Assembly: GCA_030390025.1 (NCBI GenBank)
Contig: CM059433.1
Coordinates: 32,986,001-33,050,000, forward strand
Direction: 5' to 3'
DNA: 64,000 nucleotides
Source of the DNA: Squalus acanthias
Taxonomy: Eukaryota
Below, in pieces: positions 32,801-47,470 of the stretch. Both the position numbers and the translations under genes were made by a program. Position 1 is the stretch's first letter, and each line of letters begins with the position of its first letter. Under the pieces are notes generated by a model. That model saw only the letters and a program-made list of their open reading frames with translations. It did not search any database and was not told the DNA's origin.

Positions 32801-35800
32801 GGATCAATCATAGAATCAATCACAGGATTAATCACAGAATCAATCACATGATCAATCACAGATTCACTCAAAGATTCAATCACATGATTAATCATAGGAT
32901 CAATCACATTATTAATCAAATAATCAATCATAGAATCTATCACAGGATCAATCACAGAATCAATCACATGATCTATCATAGAATCAGTCATATTAGCAAT
33001 CTTACAATCCATCAAAGGATCATACACAGGAGCAAACATAGAATCAAGCACAAGCTAAATCAAAAAACAATCACAGGATCAATCATATAATCAATGATAG
33101 AATTAATCACATGATCTATCATAGAATCAATCACATGATAAATCATAGAAATAATCACATGATCAATCACAGAATTAATCAGAGAATCAATCACAGGAAC
33201 AATCATAGAATCAATCACATGATCAATCATGGAATCAATCACACGATCAATCATAGAATCAGTCAGATGATCAATCATAGAATCAATCAAAGGATCAATC
33301 ATAGAATCAATCACAGGAACAATCATAGAATCAATCACATGATCATCACAGGATCAATCACAGGAACAATCAATGAAACAATCATAGAATCAATCACAGG
33401 ATCAATCACAGGATCAATCATAGAATAATTCAAATGATCTACCACAGAAGCAATCAAAGAATCAATAATATGATCTGTCACAGGATCACTTACAGGATCA
33501 ATCACATGATTAACCATAGGATCATCATAACCGCTAACGTGATCAATCATAGAATCAATCACATGATCAATCATGGAATCAATCACACGATCAATCATAG
33601 AATCAGTCAGATGATCAATCATAGAATCAATCAAAGGATCAATCATAGAATCAATCACAGGAACAATCATAGAATCAATCACATGATCATCACAGGATCA
33701 ATCACAGGAACAATCAATGAAACAATCATAGAATCAATCACAGGATCAATCACAGGATCAATCATAGAATAATTCAAATGATCTACCACAGAAGCAATCA
33801 AAGAATCAATAACATGATCTGTCACAGGATCACTTACAGGATCAATCACATGATCAACCATAGGATCATCATAAACGCTAACGTGATCAATCATAGAATC
33901 AATCACATGATCAATCATAGAATCAATCACATGATCAATCACAAAATCAAAAAAAGAATCAATCAAAGGAACAATCATAGACTCAATCACATGATCAGTC
34001 AAATTTTCAATCATCGAATCAATCACAGGATCAATCACATGATCAAGCATAGAATCAATCACATGATCAATCATCTAATCAATCACATTATCAACCATAG
34101 AATCAATCACATAATCAATCATAGAAGCAATCACATGATCAAACATAGAATCAATCAGATGATCAATCATTGAATCAATCACATGATCAATCGTAGGATC
34201 AATCACAGGATCAATCATAGAATCAGTCACATGATCTGTGATAGAATCAATTCCTGGATAAATCACAGAATCAATCACAGGTTAAATCATGGAATCAGTC
34301 ATTGAATCAATCATAGAATCAATCAGTGGATCAATCACATGATCAATCACAGGATGAATCATTGAATAGATCACATGATCAATCACAGGATCAATCATGA
34401 AATCAGTCACATGATCAATCATATCATCAAACACAGTATCAATCACAGAATCAATAACATGATCAATCACAGGTTCAATCAAAGAATCAATCACTGGATC
34501 AATAACATGATCAATCAAATAATCAATCACATGATCAATCATAGAATCAGTCACATGATCAATCATATCATCAAACACAGTATCATTCACAGAATCAATA
34601 ACATGATCAATCACAGGTTCAATCAAAGAATCAATCACTGGATCAATAACATGATCAATCATAGAATCAATCACATGATTAATCACAGGATCAATCATAG
34701 AATCAATCACATTATAAATCACAGGATCAATCATAGAATTATTCACCTGATCAATCACAGGATTTATCATAGAATCAATCACAGTATCAATCACATGATC
34801 AATCATGTAATCAATTACATGATCAATCACAGGATCAATCATACAATCAATCACATGATCTGTCACAGAAACAATCATAGGATTAATCATAGAATCAATC
34901 ACTGGATCAATCATTGAATCAATCATAGAATCTATCACAGTATCAATCACAGAATCAATCACATCATCTATCATAGAATCAGTCATAATATCAATCTTAC
35001 AATCCATCACAGGATCATACACAGGAGCAAACATAGAATCAAGCACATGCTAAATCATAGAATCAATTACCGGATCAAGCAAATAATCAATCACAGGATC
35101 AATCACAGGATCAATCATAGAATGCAGCACGTGATATATCATAGAAACAATCACATGATCAATCATAGAATCATTCATAGAATCACTCATTGTATCATAG
35201 AAGCAATCATAGAATCAATCACATGATCAAACATAGAAGCAATCACATGATCAATCACAAGATCAATCACTGGATCAATCACAGGATCAATTATATAATC
35301 AATCACCTGATCAAACATAGAATCAATCATTGGATCAATCATACAACCATTCACAGGATCAATCATAGTATCAATCATAGAAGCATTCATCGAATCAATA
35401 ACAGGATCAATCATAGAATCAATAAAATAATCAATCATAGAATCAATCACAATATGAATCAGAGGATCATTCATAGAATCATACATTAGAACTGTCATAG
35501 AATCAATCACAGGATCAATCAAAGAATCAAGCAGGTGATAAATCATAGAATCAACCACATGATCAATCACAGGATCAATCATAGATTCAATCATAGAGTC
35601 AATCACAGAATCAATTACATGATGGATCACAGGATCAATCATAGAATAATTCATAGAATCTATCACAGGATCAATCACAGTATCAATCACATGATTTATC
35701 ATAGAGTCAGTCATATTATCAATCTTACAATCCATGACAGGATCACACACAGGAGCAAACATAGAATCAAGCACATGTTAATCATAGAATCAATCACAGG

Positions 35801-38800
35801 ATCAATCACATGATCTGTCATAGAAACAATCGTATGATCAATCATAGAATCAATCACAGGATCAATCATCGATTCAATCACATGATCAATCACAGATACA
35901 CTCATAGAATCAATCACATGATCAGTCATAGGATCAATCACATGATCAATCATAGAATCAATCAGAGAAACAACACAGGATTATTCACAGAATAAATCAC
36001 ATCATCTATCATAGAATCCATTATATTATCAATCTTACAATCCATCATCGGATCATACACAGGAGCAAACATAGAATCAAGCACATGCTAAATCATAGAA
36101 TCAATCACAGGATCAATCATATAATCAATCACAGGATCAATCACAGGATCAATCATAAAATCTATCATAGAATCAATCACAATATGAATCAGAGGATCAT
36201 TCACAGATTCATACATTAGAACTGTCATAGAATCAATCACAGGATCAATCAGAGAATCAAGCATGTGATAAATCATAGAATCAATCATAGAGTCAATCAT
36301 AGAATCAATTGCATGATCGATCACAGGATCAATCATAGAATCATTCACAGAATCTATCACAGGATCAATCACAGAATCAATCACACGATGTATCATAGAC
36401 TCAGTCATATTATCAATCTTACAATCCATCACAGGATCATACACAGGAGCAAACATAGAATCAAGCACTTGTTAATCATAGAATCAATCACAGGATCAAT
36501 CACATGATCTGTCATAGAAACAATCATAGGATCAATCATAGAATCAATCACAGGATCAATCATAGAATCAATCACATGATCAATCAGAGATTCACTTATA
36601 GAATCAATCACATGATCAATCAATGGATCAATCACATGATCAATCATAGAATCAATCATAGAATCTATCACAGGATTAATCACAGAATCAATCACATCAT
36701 CTATCACAGAATCCGTCATATTATCAATCTTACAATCAATCACAGGATCATACACAGGAGCAAACATAGAATCAGGCACATGCTAAATCGTATAATCAAT
36801 CACAGGATCAATCACAGGATCAATCATATATTGCAGCACGTGATAAATCATAGAATCAATCAAATGATCAAACATTGAATCAATCATAGGATCAATCATA
36901 GAACCGTTCAGAGGATCAATCATATTATCAATTATAGAAGCAATCGTAGAATCAATAACATGATCAATCATCGAGTCAATCGAATGATCAATCACAGGAT
37001 CAATCATATAATCAATCACATGATCAATCGCAGGATCAATCATAGGACCAATCACAGGATCAAACATAGAATCAAGCACTTGCTAAATCATAGAATCAGT
37101 CACATGATCAATCATATAATTAATCACAGAATCAATCATAGTATCAATCACATGATCAATCCTGTAATCAATTACATGATCAATCACAGGATCAGTCATA
37201 CAATCAATCATACAATCAATCACATGATCAATCATAGAATCAATCACATGATCAATCACAGGATCAATCATAGAATCAATCATAGAATCAATCACATGAT
37301 CTGTCACAGAAACAATCATAGGATTAATCATAGAATCAATCACTGGATCAATCATAGAATCAATCACATGATCAATCACAGATTCACTCATATAATCAAT
37401 CACATAATCAATCATAGGATAAATCACATGATCAATCATTGAATCAATCATAGAATCTATCACAGTATCAATCACAGAATCAATCACATCATCTATCATA
37501 GAATCAGTCATATTATCAATCTTACAATCCATCACAGGATCATACACAGGAGCAAACATAGAATCAAGCACATGCTAAATCATAGAATCAATTACCGGAT
37601 CAATCATATAATCAATCACAGGATCAATCACAGGATCAATCATAGTATCAATCATAGAAGCATTCATAGAATCAATAACAGGATCAATCATAGAATCAAT
37701 CACATGATCAATCATAGAATCATTCACATGATCAATCACAGGATCTATCATAGAATCAATCACATGATCAATCACAAGATCAATCACAAGATCAATCATA
37801 GAATCAATGATATGATCAATCATAGAACCAATTGCATGATCAATCACAGGATCAATCATAGGACCAATCACAGGATCAAACATAGAATCAAGCACATGCT
37901 AAATCATAGAATCGATCACAGGATCAATCATATAATCAATCATAGAATCAACAAAATAATCAATCATAGAATCAATCACAATATGAATCAGAGGATCATT
38001 CATAGAATCATACATTAGAACTGTCATTGAATCAATCACAGGATCAATCATAGAATCAAGCACGTGATAAATCATAGAATCAACCACATGATCAATCAAA
38101 GGATCAATCATAGATTCAATCATAGAGTCAATCACAGAATCAATTGCATGATCGATCACAGGATCAATCATAGAATCAATCATAGAATCTATCACAGGAT
38201 CAATCACAGTAGCAATCACATGATCTATCATAGAGTCAGTCATATTATCAATCTTACAATCCATCACAGGATCATACACAGGAGACAACATAGAATCAAG
38301 CACATGTTAATCATAGAATCAATCACAGGACCAATCACAGGATCAAACATAGAATCAAGCACATGCTAAATCATAGAATCAATCACATGATCAAACATAG
38401 AATCAATCATAGAATCAATAAAATGATCAATCATAGAATCAATCACATGTTTATTCACATGATCAATCATAGAACCAATTATAGATTCAATCATAGAATC
38501 AATCTTAGAATTATTCACGTGATCAATCACAGCATCTATCTTCGAATCAATCTCATGATCAATTATAGAATCAATCACAGGATCAATCATAGAATGAATC
38601 ACATGATCAATCACACGATCAAACATACTATCAATCACATGATCAATCACAGGATCAATCATAGAATCATTCACATGATTAATCACAGGATCTAACATCG
38701 AATCAATCGCATGATCAATTGCTTGATCAATCATAGAATCAATCATAGAATCAATCGCAGTTTCAATCAAAGTTTCAATCAGATGATCAATCATAGAATC

Positions 38801-39423
38801 AATAAAATGTCAATCACATGATCAATCATAGAAACAATCACATGATCAATCATAAAATCAATCACAGGTCAACCATAGAATCAATCACAGGATCAATCGT
38901 AGAATCAATCATAGAATTAATAACATGATCAATCATAGAATCAAACATAGGATCAATCATAGAATCAATCACATGTTCTATCATAGAATGAATCACATGA
39001 TCAATCACAGGATCAATCATACAGTCAATCACATGATCAATCACAGTATCAATCGTAGAATCATTCAAATGATCAATCACATGATCAATCATGGAATCAA
39101 TCACATGATCAATCATAGAATGAATCACAGGATCCATCATAGAATCAATCACAGGATCAATCGTAGATTCAATCATAGAATAAATAACATGATCAATCTT
39201 AGAATCAAACACATGATCAAACACAGGATCAATCATAGAATCAAACACATGATCAATCACAGGATCAATTATAGAATCAATCACCTGATCAAACATAGAA
39301 TCAATCATAGGATCAATCATACAACCATACACAGGATCAATCAAAGTATCAATCATAGAAGCAATCATAGAATCAATAACATGATCAATCATAGAATCAT
39401 TCACATGATCAATCACAGGATCT

Positions 39424-42400
39424 ATCATAGAATCAATCACATGATCAATCACAAGATAAATCACAAGAATCAATCATATGATCAATCATAGAACCAGTTG
39501 CATTATCAATCACAGGATCCATCATAGAATCAATCACATGATCAATCGCAGGATCAATCATAGGACCAATCACAGGATCAAACTGAGAATCAAGCACATG
39601 CTGAATCATAGAAACAATCACAGGATCAATCATAGAATCAATCACAGGATCAATCGTAGATTCAATCATAGAATAAATAACATGATCAATCATAGAATCA
39701 ATCACATGATCAATCACAGGATCAATCACAGAATCAATCACATTATAAATCACAGGATCAATCATAGAATCATTCACCTGATCAATCACAGGATTTATCA
39801 TAGAATCAATCACATGGTCAATCACAGGATCAATCATAGAATGAATCATGTTATCAATCGCAGGATCAGTCGCAGGATTAATCATAGGACCAATCACAGG
39901 ATCAAACATAGAATCAAGCACATGCTAAATCATAGAATCAATCACAGGATCAATCATATAATCAATCACAGGATCTATCACAGGATCAACCATATAATCA
40001 ATCACAGGATCTATCACATGATCAATCATAGAATCAATCATAGAATCAATAAAATGATCAATCATAGAATCAATCACATGTTTATTCACATGATAAATCA
40101 TAGAACCAATTATAGATTCATTCATAGAATCAATCACATGGTCAATCACAGGATCAATCATAGAATGAATCATATTGTCAATCACAGGATCAATCAAAGG
40201 ATCAATCATAGAATCAATAACATAATCAATCATGTAATCAATTACATGATCAATCACGGGATCAATCATACAATCAATCATAGAATCAATCACATGATCA
40301 ATCATATAATCAATCGCATGATCAATCACAGGATCAATCATTGAATCAATCACATGATCTGTCACTGAAACAATCATAAGATCAATCATTGAATCAATCA
40401 CAGGATCAATCATAGAATCAATCACATGATCAATTACAAATTTACTCATAGAATCAATCATCGGATCAATTATATAATCAATCACAGGTTCAATCACAGG
40501 ATCAGTCATAGAATGCAGCACGTGATAAATCATAGAAACAATCACATGATCAATCAGAGAATCATTCATAGAATCACTCATTCTATCATAGAAGCAAACA
40601 AATAATCAATCACATGATCAATCATAGAAGCAATCACATGATCAATCACAAGTTCAATCACCGGATCAATCACAGGATCAATTATAGAATCAATCACCTG
40701 ATCAAACATAGAATCAATCATTAGATCAATCATACAACCATTCACAGGATCAATCATAGTATCAATCATAGAAGCAATCATAGAATCAATAACATGATCA
40801 ATCAAAGAATCAATCACATGATCAATCATAGAATCATTCACATGATCAATCACAAGATCAATCACAAGATCAATCATAGAATAATTCACATGATCAATCG
40901 CAGGATCCATCATCGAATCAATCACATCATCAATCGCAGGATCAATCATAGAACCAATCACAGGATCAATCGCAGGATTAATCATGGGACCAATAACAGG
41001 ATCAAACATAGAATCAAGCACATGTTAAATCATAGAATCAATCACAGGATCAATCATATAATCAATCACAGGATCTATCACATGATCAATCATAAGATCA
41101 ATCACAAGACCAATCATAGAATCAATAACATGATCAATCATAGAATCAATCACATGATCAAACACAGGATCAATCATAGAATCAATGACAGGATCAATCG
41201 TAGAATCATTATGGAATCAATCACAAGATCAATCACAGAATCATTCACATGATCAATCATAGAAACAGTCAATGGATCAATCATAGAGTCAATCATAGAA
41301 TCAATCACAGGGTCTATCTTAGAATGAATCACATGATCAATCACAGGATGAATCATAGAATCAGTCACATGATCAAACACAAGATCTATGATAGAATCAA
41401 TCACATGATCAAGCACATGATAAATCGTCGAGGCAATCACATGATCAATCATACAATCAATCACATGATCAACCACAGGATCAATCATAGAATCATTTAC
41501 ATGATCAATCACAGGATCTATCATAGAATCAGTCACATGATGAATCACATAATCAATTATAGAATCAATCATAGGATCAATCATAGAATCAATCACATGA
41601 TCAATCACAAGATAAATCACAAGAATCAATCATATGATCAATCATAGAACCAGTTGCATTATCAATCACAGGATCCATCATAGAATCAATCACATGATCA
41701 ATCGCAGGATCAATCATAGGACCAATCACAGGATCAAACTGAGAATCAAGCACATGCTGAATCATAGAAACAATCACAGGATCAATCATAGAATCAATCA
41801 CAGGATCAATCGTAGATTCAATCATAGAATAAATAACATGATCAATCATAGAATCAATCACATGATCAATCACAGGATCAATCACAGAATCAATCACATT
41901 ATAAATCACAGGATCAATCATAGAATCATTCACCTGATCAATCACAGGATTTATCATAGAATCAATCACATGGTCAATCACAGGATCAATCATAGAATGA
42001 ATCATGTTATCAATCGCAGGATCAGTCGCAGGATTAATCATAGGACCAATCACAGGATCAAACATAGAATCAAGCACATGCTAAATCATAGAATCAATCA
42101 CAGGATCAATCATATAATCAATCACAGGATCTATCACAGGATCAACCATATAATCAATCACAGGATCTATCACATGATCAATCATAGAATCAATCATAGA
42201 ATCAATAAAATGATCAATCATAGAATCAATCACATGTTTATTCACATGATAAATCATAGAACCAATTATAGATTCATTCATAGAATCAATCACATGGTCA
42301 ATCACAGGATCAATCATAGAATGAATCATATTGTCAATCACAGGATCAATCAAAGGATCAATCATAGAATCAATAACATAATCAATCATGTAATCAATTA

Positions 42401-43750
42401 CATGATCAATCACGGGATCAATCATACAATCAATCATAGAATCAATCACATGATCAATCATATAATCAATCGCATGATCAATCACAGGATCAATCATTGA
42501 ATCAATCACATGATCTGTCACTGAAACAATCATAAGATCAATCATTGAATCAATCACAGGATCAATCATAGAATCAATCACATGATCAATTACAAATTTA
42601 CTCATAGAATCAATCATCGGATCAATTATATAATCAATCACAGGTTCAATCACAGGATCAGTCATAGAATGCAGCACGTGATAAATCATAGAAACAATCA
42701 CATGATCAATCAGAGAATCATTCATAGAATCACTCATTCTATCATAGAAGCAAACAAATAATCAATCACATGATCAATCATAGAAGCAATCACATGATCA
42801 ATCACAAGTTCAATCACCGGATCAATCACAGGATCAATTATAGAATCAATCACCTGATCAAACATAGAATCAATCATTAGATCAATCATACAACCATTCA
42901 CAGGATCAATCATAGTATCAATCATAGAAGCAATCATAGAATCAATAACATGATCAATCAAAGAATCAATCACATGATCAATCATAGAATCATTCACATG
43001 ATCAATCACAAGATCAATCACAAGATCAATCATAGAATAATTCACATGATCAATCGCAGGATCCATCATCGAATCAATCACATCATCAATCGCAGGATCA
43101 ATCATAGAACCAATCACAGGATCAATCGCAGGATTAATCATGGGACCAATAACAGGATCAAACATAGAATCAAGCACATGTTAAATCATAGAATCAATCA
43201 CAGGATCAATCATATAATCAATCACAGGATCTATCACATGATCAATCATAAGATCAATCACAAGACCAATCATAGAATCAATAACATGATCAATCATAGA
43301 ATCAATCACATGATCAAACACAGGATCAATCATAGAATCAATGACAGGATCAATCGTAGAATCATTATGGAATCAATCACAAGATCAATCACAGAATCAT
43401 TCACATGATCAATCATAGAAACAGTCAATGGATCAATCATAGAGTCAATCATAGAATCAATCACAGGGTCTATCTTAGAATGAATCACATGATCAATCAC
43501 AGGATGAATCATAGAATCAGTCACATGATCAAACACAAGATCTATGATAGAATCAATCACATGATCAAGCACATGATAAATCGTCGAGGCAATCACATGA
43601 TCAATCATACAATCAATCACATGATCAACCACAGGATCAATCATAGAATCATTTACATGATCAATCACAGGATCTATCATAGAATCAGTCACATGATGAA
43701 TCACATAATCAATTATAGAATCAATCATAGGATCAATCATAGAATCAATC
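39424..43750. repeat. Near-perfect 2,156-bp tandem duplication in diverged satellite
   Basis: Identical translations at offset 2,156 (39445/41601, 39478/41634, 40578/42734, 40794/42950). Confidence 0.92.
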
Positions 43751-45553
43751 ATAGAATAAATCATATGATCAATCACATAATCAAACATAGAATAAATCAC
43801 ATGATCAATCATAGAATCAATAACATGATCAATCATGAAAGTAATCAGAGGATCAAACATAGAATCAATCACAAGATCAATCTCATGCTCAGTCATAGAA
43901 TCAATCACATGATCATTCACAGGATCAATCATCGAATCAATCACATGATCTGACATAGAATCCATCACATGATTAATCCTAGGATCAATCACATCATCAA
44001 TCATAGAATCAATCACATGATCAATCATAGAATGAATCACATGCTAAATCATAGAATCAATCACAGGATCAATCATATAATCAATCACAGGATCAATCAC
44101 AGGATCAATCATTGAATCAATCATAGAATCAATAAAATGATCAATCATAGAACCAATCACAATATCAATCACAGGATCATTCATAGAATCAATAACATGA
44201 ACTGTCATAGAATCAATCACAGGATCAATCATAGATTCAAGCACCTGATATATCATAGAATCAATCACAGAATCAATCGCATGATCGATCACAGGATCAA
44301 TCATGGAATCAATCACATTATCAATCATAGAATCAATCGTATGATCGAACACAGGATCAATCATAGATTTAAACACGTGATAAATCATAGAATCAGTCAT
44401 AGAAGCAATCACATGATCAATCATAGAATCAATCACATAATCAATCACAGGATCAGTCATAGAAGCAATAAGATGCTCAATCACAGGATCAATCATAGAT
44501 TCAAACACGTGATAAATCATACAATCAATCATAGAATCAATCACATGATCAATCATAGAATCAATCACAGGATCAATCATAGAATCAATCACAGGATCAA
44601 TCGTGGAATCAATCATAGAATCAATAACATGATCAATCATAGAATCAATCACATGATCAAACACAGGATCAATCATAGAATCAATCATAGAATAAATCAC
44701 AGGTTCAATAATAGAATCAATAACATGATCAATTATGAAATCAATCAGAGGATCAATCATAGAATCAATCACATGATCAAGCACATGATAAATCGTCGAA
44801 GCAATCACATGGTCAATCATACAATCAATCACATGATCAACCACAGGATCAATCATACAATCATTTACATGATCAATCACAGGATCTATCATAGAATCAG
44901 TCACATGATGAATCACATAATCAATTATAGAATCAATCATAGGATCAATCATAGAATCAATCATAGAATAAATCACATGATCAATCACATAATCAAACAT
45001 ATAATAAATCACATGATCAATCATAGAATCAATAACATGGTCAATCATGAAAGTAATCAGAGGATCAAACATAGAATCAATCACAAGATCAATCACATGA
45101 ACTGTCATAAAATCAATCACATGATCAATCTTAGAATCAATCTCATGCTCAGTCATAGAATCAATCACATGATCAATCACAGGATCAATCATCGAATCAA
45201 TCACATGATCTGACATAGAATCCATCACCTGATTAATCCTAGGATCAATCACATCATCAATCATAGAATCAATCACATGATCAATCATAGAATGAATCAC
45301 ATGCTAAATCATAGAATCAATCACAGGATCAATCATATAATCAATCACAGGATCAATCACAGGATCAATCATTGAATCAATCATAGAATCAATAAAATGA
45401 TCAATCATAGAACCAATCACAATATCAATCACAGGATCATTCATAGAATCAATAACATGAACATAGAACATAGAACATAGAACATAGAACAGTACAGCAC
45501 AGTACAGGCCCTTCGGCCCTCGATGTTGTGCCGAGCATTGTCCGAGACCAAGA

Positions 45554-47470
45554 TCAAGCTATCACACTCCCTATCACTCTGGTGTGCTCCATGTGCTTAT
45601 CCAATAACCGCTTGAAAGTTCCTAAAGTGTCCGACTCCACTATCACAGCAGGCAGTCCATTCCACACCCCAACCACTCTCTGAGTAAAGAATCTACCTCG
45701 GACATCCCTTCTATATCTCCCCCCATGCACCTTATAGTTATGCCCCCTTGTAACAGCTGCCTCTACCCGAGGAAATAGTCTCTGAACATCCACTCTATCT
45801 ATCCCCCTCATCATCTTATAAACCTCTATTAAGTCGCCTCTCATCCTCCTCCGCTCTAAAGAGAAAAGCCCCAACTCCCTCAATCTTTCCTCATAAGACC
45901 TCCCCCCCAAACCAGGCAGCATCCTGGTAAATCTCCTTTGCACTCTTTCCAATGCTTCCACGTCCTTCCTATAGTGAGGTGACCAGAACTGCACACAATA
46001 TTCCAAATGTGGTCTCACCAAGGTCCTGTACAGTTGCAGCATAACCTCACGGTTCTTAAACTCAAACCCTCTGTTAATAAACGCCAACACACCATAGGCC
46101 TTCTTTACTGCTCTATCCACTTGAGTGGCAACCTTCAGAGATCTGTGGATATGAACCCCCAGATCCCTCTGCTCCTCCACGTTCCTCAGAACCCTGCCGT
46201 TGACCCTGTAATCCTTATTCAAATTTGCCCTACCAAAATGAATCACCTCGCACTTATCAGGGTTAAATTCCATCTGCCATTTTTCAGCCCAGCTCTGCAT
46301 CCTATCAATGTCTCTTTGCAGCCTACAACAGCCCTCCACCTCATCCACTGCTCCACCAATCTTGGTGTCATCAGCAAATTTACTGATCCACCCTTCAGTC
46401 CCCTCCTCCAAGTCATTGATAAAAATCACAAACAGCAGAGGACCCAGCACCGACCCCTGTGGCACACCGCTGGTAACTGGTCTCCAGTCCGAAAATGTTC
46501 CATCCACCACCACCCTCTGCCTTTTATGAGATAAAATTGAGAGGTCGCACAACAACAGGTTATAGTCCAACAGTTTTATTTGAAATCACAAGCATCTCAT
46601 CTCCGCATCATGACTTCTATGAGATAGCCAGTTACTTATCCAATCGGCCAAATTTCCCTCTATCCCACAACTCCTTACTTTCTTCATGAGCCGACCATGG
46701 GGAACCTTATCAAACGCCTTACTAAAATCCATGTATACGACATCAACTGCTCTACCTTCATCTACACACTTAGTTACCTCCTCAAAGAATTCAATCAAAT
46801 TTGTTAGGCAAGACTTACCCTTCACGAATCCGTGTTGACTATCCCTGATTAAGTTGCCCCTCTCCAAATGGTCATAAATCCTATCCCTCAGGAGCTTTTC
46901 CATTATCTTACCAACCACCGAAGTAAGACTAACCGGCCTATAATTACCAGGGTCATTCCTATTTCCTTTCGTGAAGAGCGGAACAACATTCGCCACTCTC
47001 CAGTCCTCTGGCACCATTCCCGTGGACAGTGAGGACCCAAAGATCAAAGCCAGAGGCTCTGCAATCTCCTCCCTTGCCTCCCAAAGAATCCTAGGATATA
47101 TCCCATCTGGCCCTGGGGACTTATCGACCCTCAGGTTCTTCAAAATTGCTAAAACATCTTCCCTCAGAACATCTACCACCTCCAGCCTATCCACCTTTAT
47201 CACACACTCATCCTCAAGAACATGGCCCCTCTCCTCAGTGAACACTGACGAAAAGTATTCATTCATCACCTCTCCTATCTCTTCTGACTCCATGCACAAG
47301 TTCCCACTACTGTCCTTGACCGGCCCTACCCTCACCCTGGTCATTCTTTTATTTCTCACATAAGAGTAAAAAGCCTTGGGGTTTTCCTTGATCCGACCCG
47401 CCAAGGACTTCTCATGCCCCCTCCTAGCTCTCCTAAGCTCTTTTTTTAGCTCATTCCTTGCTACCTTGTA
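45554..47470 (-). pseudogene. ORF2 reverse transcriptase fragment of CR1 element A, split by an 80-bp insertion
   Basis: YKVARNELK...WLSHR (47470-46614) continues as RQRVVVDG...VIA* (46533-45554). No other disablement was seen, and the endonuclease domain is missing. Confidence 0.93.
46534..46613. mobile_element. 80-bp insertion with 13-bp target-site duplication, probably a Penelope-like/SINE 3'-end fragment
   Basis: Flanked by CTTTTATGAGATA (46521-46533) and CTTCTATGAGATA (46614-46626). The minus strand carries AAATAAAACTGTTGGACTATAACCTG, which I recall from shark Penelope-like termini; family assignment is from memory only. Confidence 0.6.

Larger units (their letters stand above)
1..45459. 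repeat. 12-bp satellite DNA array (ATCAATCATAGA / ATCAATCACATG / ATCAATCACAGG), main uninterrupted block
   Basis: Continuous 12-bp periodicity, mostly alternating TAGA and CATG/CAGG variants. All monomers have the same orientation, and there is no non-satellite sequence until 45460. Confidence 0.99.
45460..47470 (-). mobile_element. CR1-clade LINE, 5'-truncated (element A)
   Basis: RT motifs (KSPGPDG, NYRPVSL, DFSKAFDKV, GVPQGSVLGP, FADD) and the CR1-type C-terminus LERRRMRGDLIEVYK...TRGH. Short 3'UTR with a GGCCGAAGGGCC stem-loop and a 4x CTATGTT tail at 45460-45487. Confidence 0.96.

Noticed and set aside
1..45459. CRISPR-like repeat/spacer array
   Set aside because: No unique spacers and no cas genes; the context is eukaryotic, with spliceosomal introns and LINEs.
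46534..46613. Functional hammerhead ribozyme in the 80-bp insert
   Set aside because: The catalytic core CTGANGA...GAAA is not present on either strand.
46007..47363. Plus-strand ORFs opposite the CR1 A reverse transcriptase
   Set aside because: Antisense shadows of ORF2.
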